DNA of 52,072 bases, the filler included, from Sphacelaria rigidula (taxonomy: Eukaryota), in the NCBI GenBank assembly GCA_964200075.2. It is 4 parts of 4 records of this genome, joined end to end, with 100 filler letters (N's around TTAATTAATTAA, not from the genome) between each part and the next. Parts side by side here need not be neighbours in the genome. Positions count along the whole stretch, not along the records: positions 26,088 to 39,030 come from CAXNAA020003282.1; positions 39,131 to 52,072 come from CAXNAA020003283.1; 2 more parts are not named here. One strand, 5' to 3'. Below, piece after piece: positions 37,321 to 49,750 of this stretch (position 1 is its first letter; every line of letters starts with the position of its first letter). A model generated the notes under the pieces. That model saw nothing but the letters and a program-made list of their open reading frames with translations. It made no database searches and was not told the DNA's origin. The position numbers and the translations under genes are program-made.

Positions 37321-38554
37321 TCATGTTCGCCATACCGCTTCCGAGCAAAGCCCAGAAGTTTCCAGGTTGGATGAACCAGCGAGTGTTTGGATTTATTAGT
37401 ATTTCACCGCGAAGGAGAAAAAGCAGCAGTCATAGCCAGAAATCGGCCGATGGAAATGTTCATATGCTATTAGTGTGTCGGTTAATGCCGGCGAGTATCG
37501 CCTGTCCGGTTCGGATAGTTCGTACCGCTGGCGTCCGCTCTGACGGCGTGTTCATCTTTCGTTGTAAATTCATTTAATATCGTCTTGGGATGTGTTTTTG
37601 CGCCGTGATTCGTGTTGGCTACGAGTAGCAGACCAAGTACAAGAGGAAGTTTCTGTGCTCGCAACAGATCAAATTTCTGCGGTCTGTCGAGTTTTCGGCG
37701 CTTCGTACACGGCGCACAAGAACATGAAAATCTCATCGTCTGTGAAAGAACAACACCTGTTGCATCTACAACAGATAAAGTTGCCGCAAAATTTTGAGTT
37801 GCCGGCGTCTAACACGTACAAATCTCGCAGAAATGTTATCGCTGTTGAAGTACAAAGATGTCTACAGCAGGGACAAATCAAGTATTTCCGGTTCTGAGCA
37901 TTTTGGATCTCGTATTCGTCACACTGAACAGGTGAATCTCGTCGCTGTATATTTATTTACAGTGGTTAACATGTACAGCGGTTTTGGCGAGCAGGGCGAA
38001 CAGAGCGGCCAGAAACGCCCCTTGTACCCGCTTGAATCGACTCAGTAAATATCATGGATCGCCGCAGAATGATACACTTTTCAGTTTTAGTCTCTTTTCA
38101 GTTTTAGTATCTCCGTCGTACTTCCAGCTTCTCCCCCTCTTCAGGACGAGGGCGTCGTCCGAAGGGATCAACTCACCTCTCTCCTGATGAATATCTACCA
38201 TTTTGGTATCGCGGATTATATCATCACCACTACTGCAGCACCGCGTCAACTCTCGTCAAATACACTTTTTTTTGCTCCTCACGTCCTCACGTTCTCAACG
38301 AAGGATATCAGATATACTTGAAATAAAAAACCCCAAATGCATCTGTCGGGAAGTGAACCCGCATTATTTCGAGATAAGTGGTCTCAGCGGTACCAACTAC
38401 ATTTAGACCTCCGAGGCGCGGCGATACATTCGATCGCTCAGGACTTTCGCTGTGGTACGTGTGGAGATTTTGGGTGCACCCATACACGGTTCAGACAAAT
38501 CATCGCCGGTTCGAATCACCAAATGCACGATTTTTAGGCCTGATTCCTCGAATT

Positions 38555-38840
38555 TGATTGACTGATTGTCGCACTTTAGCTGACTCCCAAGGGGTCCAGC
38601 CGTGGTGTCATGATAGACGTACCCAAGAAAACGAAACTGAAACACGCTCTGAAGAAAAAAAGGAACAGAAAAAAAAAGAACGTCGGACAGAACGACATAC
38701 GAAAGAGAGAAAAATGTCGACCGCTGGTCAAGCAATTCTCCATGCAACTTTTGCGCCATTCCACGTGCCTGGGCTGCGCATACCTTGGTTGCAACGCTGA
38801 AAACAAAGCCCAAGGATTGATTCGTACGGCATGAATCAAT
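38555..38840. repeat. Composite interspersed repeat
   Basis: The first half matches 22310-22480. The second half (38700-38840) is the reverse complement of 41378-41522. Confidence 0.8.
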
Positions 38841-38951
38841 TACAACAAAATCAAGTAATTTCCGGACGAATCATGAATTCGCTCGACCCTTGCACATATG
38901 AGGCACCGAAAACGCGTCGCTCGATACTTATGCGAGATGCGGAAAACGGAA

Positions 38952-38952
38952 A

Positions 38953-39016
<64 letters not shown>

Positions 39017-39017
39017 G
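38952..39017 (+). repeat. (TGT)n microsatellite at contig end
   Basis: Directly visible. Confidence 0.95.
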
Positions 39018-39030
39018 CCTTCACATTAAA

Positions 39031-39130
39031 NNNNNNNNNNNNNNNNNNNNNNNNNNNNNNNNNNNNNNNNNNNNTTAATTAATTAANNNNNNNNNNNNNN
39101 NNNNNNNNNNNNNNNNNNNNNNNNNNNNNN
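39031..39130. other. Artificial scaffold spacer
   Basis: 44 N + TTAATTAATTAA + 44 N. Confidence 0.98.
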
Positions 39131-41377
39131 TGCTTTTCAGATTCCCTTGGCTCCGAGGTTTCGAGATTGGCTGCTGAACAAGAATCCGTGCGCAAAAATC
39201 TGTGCTTACCGACCCCCGCCAGTTTGCCCCAAAAAAGTTACCCAAAAAAAGTTGAAAGGTAGAAACACCTCGTTCTTCGAAAGTTGCGTAATGATCTATG
39301 AAACATCTGTGCAAATTTTCAGAGTCTAACTCCTTGAAACGGCGTGAGGTTTTGCCGATGAGTGTTTTTTGGGTGATCACCGTGAACCAGCTCGTAGGCC
39401 CTCACCCCCCGTTCGTCCACCCTGGTCCCAAAAGTTTACATTCACAAACATGACGTGGTGTACGACGAAACCTAGGCCACTGGAACTGGCTGACGATTTG
39501 AATGGAGAGTGGGAGTTGTGTACTGCAACCGACGATTGTGGTACATCAATAGAATCGAACGAGCTTTCCCTCTGGTGTGCTTCTATCGGACGAAACTGAC
39601 CCGACCACAGCGAGGTACCTTCTCTGTACGCGCACCTCATGTGCTAATTGATGCGGATTTGTGCTTGTTCAGCGACAACAGGTGTCCACGGACCACGAGG
39701 TGCTTGACCCACGGGTGGGAAGGGTGCTGAAAGGGTTGGTCCTTTGAACATCCATAGATTATGTTCCAAGCTCTTGTCCTATGACTGTTCCGCGAGTTTT
39801 CGGCGGGCGGTTCTTGTAGGCGCAGGAGGAAGCTACTTGTAGTCAGAGGTGGGCGCTTGGTGCAAGAGATTCAAAATAAGCTGATCAACAGAACAGGCGT
39901 GCAGCAGCATTATCCCACAGTTGAGGGACTTGGGTTCATCTTCGGGTACAAGTATCATTCAGCTGTGAGCACCGACAGGTTCAGTATGAGGGCGATGGCT
40001 ACCCCCGTCGCACCTTTGCTACCCACCAAGGTGGTTGACGAAGCATTCAACGACCAGACTAAACGCTACCGCCGCACAGTTGTTGGCAGGAGGGGTAAGT
40101 GAGGGAGACTGGCTCACCGTTGCGGCTTCATGCGCGTTGCTTGTGTGTATATACCAACTCGAGCTGTGAGCGGTGATTGAAAAATTCAGCAAATCTCAGG
40201 TACGACATCAAAACACCGTCCGAATATATCGACACGCCCTCCGAGGGCACGTGTACCCCCCCCTACTAAGTACGCCACGCCGGTAAGGTGCTTGGCAAGA
40301 CCTGTGTGTGTGTTGACCACATGCACGCACTACTGTTGGCGCGATAGTTTTATCTTCAGTTAGCAAAGCCCTCCTAATCGTGACGTACGCACAAATAACT
40401 ATGACGGACGGTATATGCATGGCAACGGTCTTTGCTGTGTCGTCATTTTTCCTCTAGCGAAAGGATTATCCTGGATATACATCCATCTATTGAATTGTAG
40501 CGTCTTAAAAGGGCCCGGGAGTTCAGATGGGTTGAGGTCGTGCTCATCGAGACAGGTGAAAAATTGCAAAATCTGTTTGCAAGAAAGTTATTGCTCACGA
40601 CGACCACTGTCGACAAACATTCATCACTGTCGACAAACGTTGTTTGTCCAGATACAAGCCAGAACTGCGCACAGATCCCAAATCCGGCAGCGTTAGCAGT
40701 GGCCGTTGGCCCAACATCTCTGTGCTGTTTCATGGAAGACGCGACAAGGAAACAGAACAACTACTCATTGAACCCCGAAAAATCACGCACAGACATCCAC
40801 CGTTCACGCGCGTTAGCCCAACCGCTAGCCCTTTTTTTTCTACACACAGCAGTCATCGTAGGCAGAAATCCATTCAGTATTGGAGGAAGGCTGGCCGCGT
40901 GGGTATTTTCGCTGCGCGTCTGGCTCAAGCTGCTGTTTCTCGTTGAACTCTGAACCGATTTGATCAAAGCAAAGAACAGCATGCTCGGGTGATTATTAGC
41001 TGTAGCTTGAGCTGGTACATTCTCCCGGCGGACTGAGGAAGGGGGGAGGGGAGCTAGTGGGGCTAAAAGTTTCATGTGTTGTTGGGTTGGGTTGGGTGTC
41101 ACACCGTTGTATAGGCCCTTGTGGCTACTACGTTTATGTTCCCTTCAGAGCACACAGATTACCGATTCGCGCAAACACGTCTTCCCCGGTCTTTTTCGGG
41201 GGTGGTATTGCAATGACGAAGCACCAGGAATGGAGAGTAGAACAAATTTCTCCGCCTGGATAAAGACACGACCTAAGGGCAGATCTTTCCGGTACAGAAC
41301 TGTACAGTAGACTGGAACGAGAAACAGACCCAAGGGCCGACGAATAATGATTCGTCTGAAGATTTCTCAGTTTCAGT

Positions 41378-41580
41378 GTGCTTGATTCGTACCGTACGAA
41401 TCAATCCTTGGGCTTTGTTTTCAGCATCGCACCCCAAGCTCGCGCACCCCAGGCATGTGAAACGGCGCAAAGATTGCGCAGAGGCGTTTTTGATCCGCGG
41501 TCAACGTTTTCATCTCTTTCCGAGCAAACAGGCCTTAGAAATGGTAAATTTAGTGATTCGAACCAGTTATGATTCGTCCA
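41378..41580. repeat. Interspersed repeat, inverted copy of 38700-38840
   Basis: gtacgaatcaatccttgggctttgttttcagc matches the reverse complement gctgaaaacaaagcccaaggattgattcgtac at ~38796-38827. Confidence 0.8.
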
Positions 41581-41647
41581 ACCCTTGAAAAGATCCGTCG
41601 AATGTCAACCTTGCAAGGGTCAACACCTCAACACCCCCCTTCCTCAC

Positions 41648-41839
41648 CGAGTAGATGTACACGAAACCAGCTGGATAGACAAGCGGTCCGGTATCACCTC
41701 TAAGGCTAAAGTAGTTCCGCTCGCCGTCGAGGAAGCCTTGCACCTCTTGCATGTATGCTACCCAATCAATCTCCGTGTCTGTCGACGAGAGCACCCAGGA
41801 CGAGGCGAGCGGCGAGGGGTATTTGTAGGCAAATCACAT

Positions 41840-41894
<55 letters not shown>

Positions 41895-42373
41895 TGCCAC
41901 GGGGTATATGGGGGATATGGGGGAAGAAAAAACTCCTGGAAATGCATGTGTCACTCTTGGCTTTTTTGTACAAGAGTCTGGACTGTTGAAGGCCCCGGCA
42001 AGATCTTTTCTTATCGTATGGCTCTTGCAGTTGTCGACAACATCAAGGTACAAAACTGTCGCTGGGGGTGTTATACTACGTCCATTCACGTGGGACAGTT
42101 GTACAATAAAGGGTTTCCAGTGCGACACTTTTCAGCAGGTTAAGCCCAGTGATGGACTACTGCAGTAGCCACGACATGCCCCGAGAACAGATAAAATAGG
42201 CACCCTTTCTCACATGAGATCCTGCTGATGATGAGGCCACACAGAAGGATCTCCCCAAGCACCACGCCTAAAAGCACTAGCGACAACAGCCCTGCTTCCC
42301 GCTTAGCAGTGATCTGTAGTGGAGTGAACGTCGCTAGGTGCAAGCATCGCTTGAAGAAGCCGAGGAACATCAT
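41648..42373 (-). CDS. ALG3: Dol-P-Man:Man5GlcNAc2-PP-Dol alpha-1,3-mannosyltransferase, first two exons (42373-42214, 41778-41648); 3' part not found
   Basis: Spliced peptide ...[57 protein letters not shown] carries the ALG3 signature (YTEIDW...GPLVYPAG). The T|gtgaga ... gacag|AC junction restores Tyr, and there is a donor TCG|gtgagg at 41648. Confidence 0.93.
41844..41890. repeat. (CA)n microsatellite in ALG3 intron 1
   Basis: Directly visible. Confidence 0.95.
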
Positions 42374-42996
42374 ACGTATCTCTAACCAGCTAGACGATAT
42401 GCAAGGCTGTACACGGCACCTTACACTCGGTCGACGTTGGCTACAGTAGTATCAGGACGACACAACAAGACAACTTGTACCTGTCTGCAGCAATCTCCGA
42501 CACTGAATCTCCGACACGAAGGATCTCCGATAAGCAAGGGATATCGTGAAAGTTTCAGGGTTAAAGCAATACCCTCCGGTCGGTAAAGCGCATACACGTA
42601 CTTGGTTGATCATACAGCGTGCGGTGTAACTGCTTTTACAACAACGGTGAGTGTACTTACCCACTGTCTTCACCTCACTGAAGTCTGCACGAAGGATACC
42701 CTCTGTGCCGGTACACTACCCAAGTAGCGGAGTAACCCGATCACGTAAGGGCGCTTGCGATCCGACACATTTGCGTAGTACCAGAGCAGCGAGCACACAG
42801 CGCGTTGTTGTCATACGGTTTTTGGATTCCGCACGACAGCAACCGCCCATATCCGTATAGCGAAACCGTCTCTCCTGTTTTTTCGAGATAACGGTTCGAC
42901 GTGGGGGAGAAGTTGTTCAGCGCCTTCTTGACTACAAGTTTGGGCTTGCACTAGTGAACTGTAGACTGCGTAGATGTCAAGACAGCCGCGGGGGGG
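42374..42996. promoter_or_regulatory. Probable bidirectional promoter/5'UTR region
   Basis: ~620 bp between the divergent putative start codons of ALG3 and the membrane-protein gene. Positional inference only. Confidence 0.45.
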
Positions 42997-45107
42997 ATGA
43001 GCTGGACCCCAACTTCACTGGAGGACAACATCATCGTGGGTCTTTCAGGGGCCCACCAAATCATTGTACTCGTCACGGTGCTTCACCTTGCCTCGAACGT
43101 CAAATGGCCCCCATGTGAGTGTTGTTTTTGCTTGATGCTTGATGTTTTTAACACGAACGAATCAAGCGGCGGTCGGTTTCGTGCGGAGCGGACCCTTCGA
43201 CCTGTTCGTGCGGTATTTCACGTGCACATGCATTCTTCAAATGGCCCGACGGTTGATTTGTGGTCAATGCATCACAAAAACTCAAGCTATGCACCTCAAC
43301 CGTTGCGTCGTTTGCAACAGTACCGCCAAGTGTGCTGCTGTGAAACGGCTGTACCGGGTGTCGTTGTACTACTTGCGAATCGACGATGAGCTTGCTCATA
43401 ATCAACTAACCATGCAATTTCTTCCAGCCATTTACACATGGTTGTTCTTGAGAGCGAAGTGTCAACGAACCGCAATGTGAACATGATCACGTCGCTGTAT
43501 CATGTATCCTCCGATCATGTGCAACCTGCACATTTTGACCTTTCCTCTTTTGTATTGCAGCTGCTGCACTTTCATATCCACGATGTCTCCCTCGTGAGCA
43601 CATCGTTCGCGGCCATCGCCTGTATAGCATGTACATCGGGGAAGACGTTGTAGGAACTCTCTAACCTCCTGACGCACTACCCTGTGGAAGATACGTTGTG
43701 TACTTGGATAGTGCCTAGGTGCAGGAGGAGCTGTGCACAGCGCCGACAACAGTAGCAGGACAGTGTCCGTTCAACAAAATTTTCGGGCCATACCAAGATA
43801 TCTCATTTATGGCCATGATTGATTCCATTTTGACATCATCGCGCCGCACCTGACCTACCGCATTTCTCGCAACCCTCTCATGTACAGTTAGTTTATCCCG
43901 CGTCGCTCACGTGTGATCCCTTAAGAGTAGATGTTCAGCTTTTGTCTCCCCTGACACGGTAGACGCAAAACCTTAAGGTATGCATGCGTTGCAGCGGCGT
44001 CTCTCGACCAGATTCGCCATGTTCTTCATTTAGTTTTATTCCCGTTTCACCACTCGGATGAGTCATCTGGACCTTGGTCTCCTTTTTCAAGACAAGATGA
44101 TGCCGATGCAACAGACAACCTACGCGACTAGAGGGTTGGCCGTTCTGACCTCCATTTCATGAGGTCATGCATGTGTTGAATCGGCATCACTCACTTGACA
44201 AAAAAATGATCTTAACCTTCATATGACCTACCCTAGCGATAGAAGGGAAGCAGCTCGTTCTAGTCGATATACACGAAGACCGCTTTCAACAGTATCGATT
44301 TCAGTGGATGGTCGCCCCCGCCCCCATAGTGGGGATCTTGAATTGTTGGTAGCCAAAAGGTTTGAATGTTCGTGAGCGGTCAAAGGGTTGGTGCTCGAAC
44401 GTTCGAAAAGTAAAATTTAACCCCTCTGACCCCTCAGGGGCAGCGCTTTTTTTCATCTTTTGAAATCGATCGGAGGAGAGTCGATCCAACTCAGGCTTCC
44501 GTCTATATCTTCGGGCGACCAACAAGCGTTGACGTGTGATGCCGCGATGGCTTTCCCCCCCCTCCCCCTCCCCCCAAACCAGCTCCAAAACGGTCACGAA
44601 AAACATGGCCATACAGCGCATGAAATAGCTTGTTTCAGACTTCATGAATCCCCTCATACACGGGCGACAGCATTGGTGAAAACGATTCAAAGCATGGGTC
44701 CCGGAGTTCTCAGCTGCTCGGTGCCCTCAGCTTCTATCATTTCGGTTTATATGCATATTTTGCCTCCTCGAACGATTTTTAATGCTCTTGACACCTGGGC
44801 CCTTCACTCTCACTAATGTCTATATTGCAAGCTGAACGATGTTCTCAACCAAATCATGACCGCAGATATTATTCGCAACGCAACCCTGGTGATCGCGACG
44901 GGTATGGCGTCGGCATGCTGGGCTACTGTCGTCGTGTTCTCCTCGGGCACATACCAGCGGACGAGAAATTCAGTGTTGGCACATTGCAATCTGGAGGCGT
45001 TTGTGATGTGGGCGAGCGCGGGGATACTCTGTAACGCTAGCTTCTTGCGTGTATATCGACACTGGAAGCTTTTGTACAGGAAAGATCGGAGTATGTGGCT
45101 GACAGAG
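42997..45107 (+). CDS. Multi-pass membrane protein, 7TM/GPCR-like N-terminus, first two exons (42997-43114, 44866-45107); remainder not found
   Basis: CCA T|gtgagt ... ccgcag|AT ATT joins to MSWTPTSLEDNIIVGLSGAHQIIVLVTVLHLASNVKWPPYIIRNATLVIATGMASACWATVVVFSSG...HCNLEAFVMWASAGILCNASFLRVYRHWKLLYRKDRSMWLTE|gtgaga. Three hydrophobic segments, with a Cys before TM3 and a basic RxxR motif after it. Confidence 0.75.
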
Positions 45108-45776
45108 GTGAGAGGAGGCAACAAAGAATGGACACAACCGGCAGCCGCAGGAATGAAAGGAGTAGCTGGACAGTCGGCCAGAACAGTGATGATATACTCA
45201 AAAGTTGCCTGTATAGCGTTATACTGAAGTAAGTTCTACTGGACCAAGAGTCGGGAGTCAACCCGTCTTGCCCTTTTACAAAAACAAACAATTATCTATG
45301 AAGTAGTCAATTTTGATGTATGTTTTTGTAGTGTACTGCTGTTGTCTGTCCGTGTGGTGCGCAATATAACATGATAAAGTAGAGTCTCAATGAGAGAGAA
45401 TCAACGTATCCCTCCCCCCGAAATTTTAAATTTTGAAGAATTTTGGGATGTTTCGCGTCAACATGTTGCTACGTGTTTCGTGTTTGCGCGTTGCGTTGTG
45501 CCCTAAACGTTTGTGACAACAAGGACAACTAGGACGAGTAAAAACGTTTCAAATCTCTGACGGCGAGAGTAGTAGTAGGTCATCTGTTGAATCGGCATCA
45601 ATTTTACCGGAGAATAATATCCATGATCCAGAGGGACCACCCTCGCAGTCGAAGGGGAGTACCCATCTAACACTGAGGTCAACTCTAATGGTTTAACTCA
45701 CAGCCATATATCTCATCCATGCAGACGAATTGGGCCGTGATCCGCAGATCCAAAATTAACCACCTAATACGGACGT

Positions 45777-46276
45777 CACACGCCCCCATTTGCCTACCCC
45801 CCAAAATCCCTCCACACACACGAAAATTAACCCCTCTAGAGGTAGAAAAGGCTCTGGAGACCTATAATTCCTTGGGTGGCTGAATAGTGAACCCCCTCCA
45901 CAGAGATTAACCCTTTTGGGACCGGATTCCAAGAAACATGGTGTTTGCACGCAAGGACCTTTTGTGAATGGGCATCATTTTCAGTCTTTTTCAAGTAAAA
46001 ATGATGCCGATTCACAAAAAGGCCACTGCGTGCAAACACCATGATTCTTGGAGTCCGGTCCCAAAAGGGTTAGACCACACAAAGTCATTTTCGAAGGAGG
46101 GGGATGGAGTCCCTCTCCTAGAGGAGGGATTATTATGTACACTTTGGAGGATCCAACACAATATGAAACTCCTATCGTCTAGAGCCCACTTATTCCTCTA
46201 GCGATGTTTAAAACTCTCTGTAGGGGTTAATTTCGTGCGGAGGGATTTGGGGGGGTAGCCAAATGGCCGCGTGTGG
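45777..46276. mobile_element. ~500-bp foldback element
   Basis: Outer arms CACACGC..CATTTG.CTACCCCCCAAA.TCCCTCC and GGAGGGATTTGGGGGGGTAGCCAAATGG.CGCGTGTG. Inner arms TAACCCTTTTGGGACCGGA...GCATCATTTT and AAAATGATGC...TCCGGTCCCAAAAGGGTTA (45909-46072). Confidence 0.85.
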
Positions 46277-48349
46277 TGTCTTCCGCGTAGCACATTTTTT
46301 TTCCGATCGCAAAAATGGGGCGGTGGAATTGAATTGAGCGAAATTCGCTCATTTTTCTCGAGTTGGCTCCAAGCGAATATTCAAGCTCTCGTTTGAAGAA
46401 AGAAGGTCGAACTGGCGAAACGGTACAGTAGTACAGACATACTGTCCTGCACTGTTTGTATGCAGTACTGTACGTCTTGAGCGCGTGTGTGCGTGTCGCA
46501 TAGTACGATGTGAAAGAGAAGCGGGCAACGTGCAGTGTAGACAGCCCAGAACTATCTTTTTTCTCTGTCTATACAATGCGACGTGAAGAGGACTTGAACA
46601 ACGTGCAGCTTTTTATTGCCTGCACTGTCCATGAGCCTGTACGCACCTAACTCGGTTGCCCACCCCAACACGCAGTTCCGTCGCTGATCTCCACCATGAA
46701 AGAAAATATGCAAGTTTTCGCCAACGAAAAATAAACAAACCATACCCAAGTACTGCAGTGCATCCATTTCTATGGTCATCCCGTGCTCTATGCTCAGGGT
46801 TCAGGGTTGCGGTGGCAGCTGAGAAGGAGTTGGATGGGGTTTGCATGGTTCTGTGAACCGGTGGTATCTGGCGTGGTGATCTCTAAGATCGGAGTCAAGT
46901 GCCCCTTCGTGCCTTTCGATCGCATGTTTTCGACCGAAACAGCTGAGCTTCTTTGTTTTTCACTTCTTCTCCGCGCGCCACTAATCATGAACAATAGTTG
47001 AAGCCAGCTAGGAACCGAAATGCGGTGGACCTATCAGATCCAAACAATCTTTTCAACCAGGGGGCTACGGGGAGAATACTTCGGGATACGTAGGCACAAA
47101 GATCGCAAATTTGAGTCTTTGAGGGGGGGGACACCCAGCGTGCTGCCCCCTTGCTTATCGCTAAGGCGTTGGCGGATATGGTCAGCTGCCGTGTACAGAG
47201 ATCCTTGGCATGGAGACCGTTGAGATGGTGGACACGCCGCCCTCCCCAAGCTTATCACTTGCCATGATTATATAATTCATGGGATGTTCCGTGTCGTGCC
47301 TTGAGTACCTACCAGTAGTCCGGGCAAGTTTGGCGAGGCGTGAGATATTGTTGCAGCTTTGGCTACATGTGTATGAGCGTCGCCGGCATACGAGGTCATC
47401 GGGACAGAGCGGGCAAGGAGCAGAAGCAAATATACGAACCCCACAAAGCCCACCAGACTTTTCGGGGTTTTTCAGTGTTTTTAGATCAATTTCTTGGAAC
47501 AAAATTCAACAAAATAAGTAAACAAAAATCATGACAACTTCCGACAAAATTCCCTCCGGGAGAGCGGGGGCAGGAGGGGCTGGCTCCGTGTTCGAAAATC
47601 TTCTGCCCGTAGCCCCCTGTTTCCACCGCAATTTTTCGATCGAAAAAAATGTGCCAAGACACGACCTTATAATCAAGGGGCCGATGTCCATCTACTCAAC
47701 AGCCTGGGATATTTTTTCTCGTTGATTGAACACCATGTAGAGTAAATCCTATGAAGTACGGAAATTGGGTCCATCATAGTCTACACGAAATAGTGCCGAA
47801 TGATACGTACGGCAGTGATGATTTTTGGTGTGGACATTCGGACATTCCCTTGAGCGCGGGGAAGCGATGTATAGCCTTATATTGACCTAGTTTTTCATTT
47901 ATCAAGAGATATGGCGCAAATAATATTCACTTCTAAACTCAACATTCTACGTGCAGAGGCACTAAATGCACTCATCTGGGTTTCTCACCTCAATTTTGAG
48001 ATTTGTGCTTTGAAACTTGGTGCGGAGTATCGGTAGGGAATGACGGGGAGACAAAAAAAAACAGCTGCATGGCTGTCCTTGTTTTATGGCAGACTGAAAA
48101 AGCAGCGGGAAAGTTTTTCTTGGTATTAACCGCCAGTCAGATCGCTCCGTATTTCATGGAAAGTAGATGGAGAATGGTCTAAAATCCAATGTTCGCACGA
48201 TCTCACGGCTAATCACGCCCACCCTCACACGTTCCAACACGACACGGTACAGTGCCCCAATGCAAAGCACCAGTTCAACAATTCGCCGCAGCGGCGGGCA
48301 CCGCCTTGTTCGTTTCACGTAAGAAGACAAAATTTTATCCAAAACAAAG

Positions 48350-48740
48350 AATCCCGATAAATGGGGTGGAACATGAAAACGAGGCTCAAGTCCAAAACAA
48401 TGCTTTTTCCCTTACCTGAAGGCGTGACGTACGACTTTCACGTGGACGACTTCATGCCCCCCGACCTCCCCGACACTATTTTGGGGGGGTTCCCGCCTTC
48501 CGTTCCTCCCGCGAAGGGTAGGTACGAAGGTAGCTTTCTACCTCGATTTCGGGGGAGGGAAAGGGACGCTTTTTAGGCCAACAAGGGTGTTTTTGCAAAT
48601 ACGAAAGACGGTGAACCCCCCAAAATAGTTTCAGGGAGGTCGGGGGGCATGAGGTCCATATAAAAGCCGTATGCCATGACTTGAGGTTAGGGAAAGCACT
48701 GTATCGGAGTTGAACCTCATTCAACCCCGTTTCTCGTGGC
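48350..48740. mobile_element. Foldback/MITE-like element
   Basis: GACTTCATGCCCCCGACCTCCCCGACACTATTTTGGGGGGGTTC vs GAACCCCCCAAAATAGTTTCAGGGAGGTCGGGGGCATGAGGTC. Degenerate symmetry extends outward. Confidence 0.75.
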
Positions 48741-49384
48741 CCTTCACTGTCAGTGCGCAGGCAGTAGTGCGTGCCGACTAGCATTATCAGAGACGAGCAC
48801 AACGACTACATCGCAGCTCGGGCAATCCGAGCGGAGACCAAACCGTCTACACAATGTTCTTACAAACCTCAGTACACTGACAGCTACAGCACATGGGAGA
48901 GGGTGTGACTGTGTTTTGCGCCGCAGCACAGTGAAACAGGATATGTCTCATATTCTAGTCCTTTACCTGAATTTGAACAGATCCTCAATTTTAGCCTGGT
49001 GCCGATTTTTGAACGCTCGGCCATGATCGTGTTCCGGGGTAAAATCCTCTCTTCATTCACATTCAGTTGCCCATATCTATGTGTGTGAGTATCGCCCGCA
49101 AACTTGATTGAGGAAATTCTGGCTCGGTACATCAAAAGTTTGTCTCATTTTTTTATGGGCGTTTTTGTGAACAATCGATATTGTTTTTGGCACTCAACTC
49201 CGTGTCTCAGTTGGGTTTTAGAGTTGTGTACTGGAATATTTTAGTATGGCGAATCGCAAGGGCATACAAAAAACAGTGCCGCGCGAGTGGAGGACATTCC
49301 GGTGGAAGAATGGTCCTTTAATAACACCCAAGCGTCCTAATTCACGAAAAAAAATATTTCCAGAAGATTTCATTTTTTTTATAA

Positions 49385-49750
49385 CCCGGCCGCGCCGGTG
49401 GCTCAGTTGGTAATTTCGAAACCTTTCGAAAACTTTTGACGGTTGGGTTGTGGGTTCGAATCTCGGAGCAATCTGGGATTTTCTCTCACACAATGCCGAA
49501 CAGTGGAGAGCAACTATGTCATGGGTACACAAAATTCGACTCAACGGTCGACGAGAAAAAGGGACTGCTGAACCCCTGTCGCAATAAAAAAATAAAGGCG
49601 AGCACCGCAGAAGGAAGGTGGAGAGTTGAAACAAATAGAGAAGAAAGAAACTCGTAGTCGGCTTTTCTCCTGCGTGACCCCGGCTAGCGCACCCACCTAT
49701 ACCGAAAGGTGTAGACCGCCGTCCAGAATGGACGCGACAACGCGACAACA
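49385..49750 (+). mobile_element. tRNA-derived SINE
   Basis: A box TGGCTCAGTTGG and B box GGTTCGAATCT. Homologous to 25612-25960. Confidence 0.85.

Noticed and set aside
39600-40100. Coding-like plus-strand stretch ending in a donor-like GG|gtaagt
   Set aside because: Interrupted by stops and no recognisable family, so it cannot be supported as an XPO6 or ALG3 exon.
46798-49040. Candidate third exons of the 7TM-like gene (46798-46860, ~48980-49038)
   Set aside because: Weak donors or non-hydrophobic peptides; neither is a convincing TM4.
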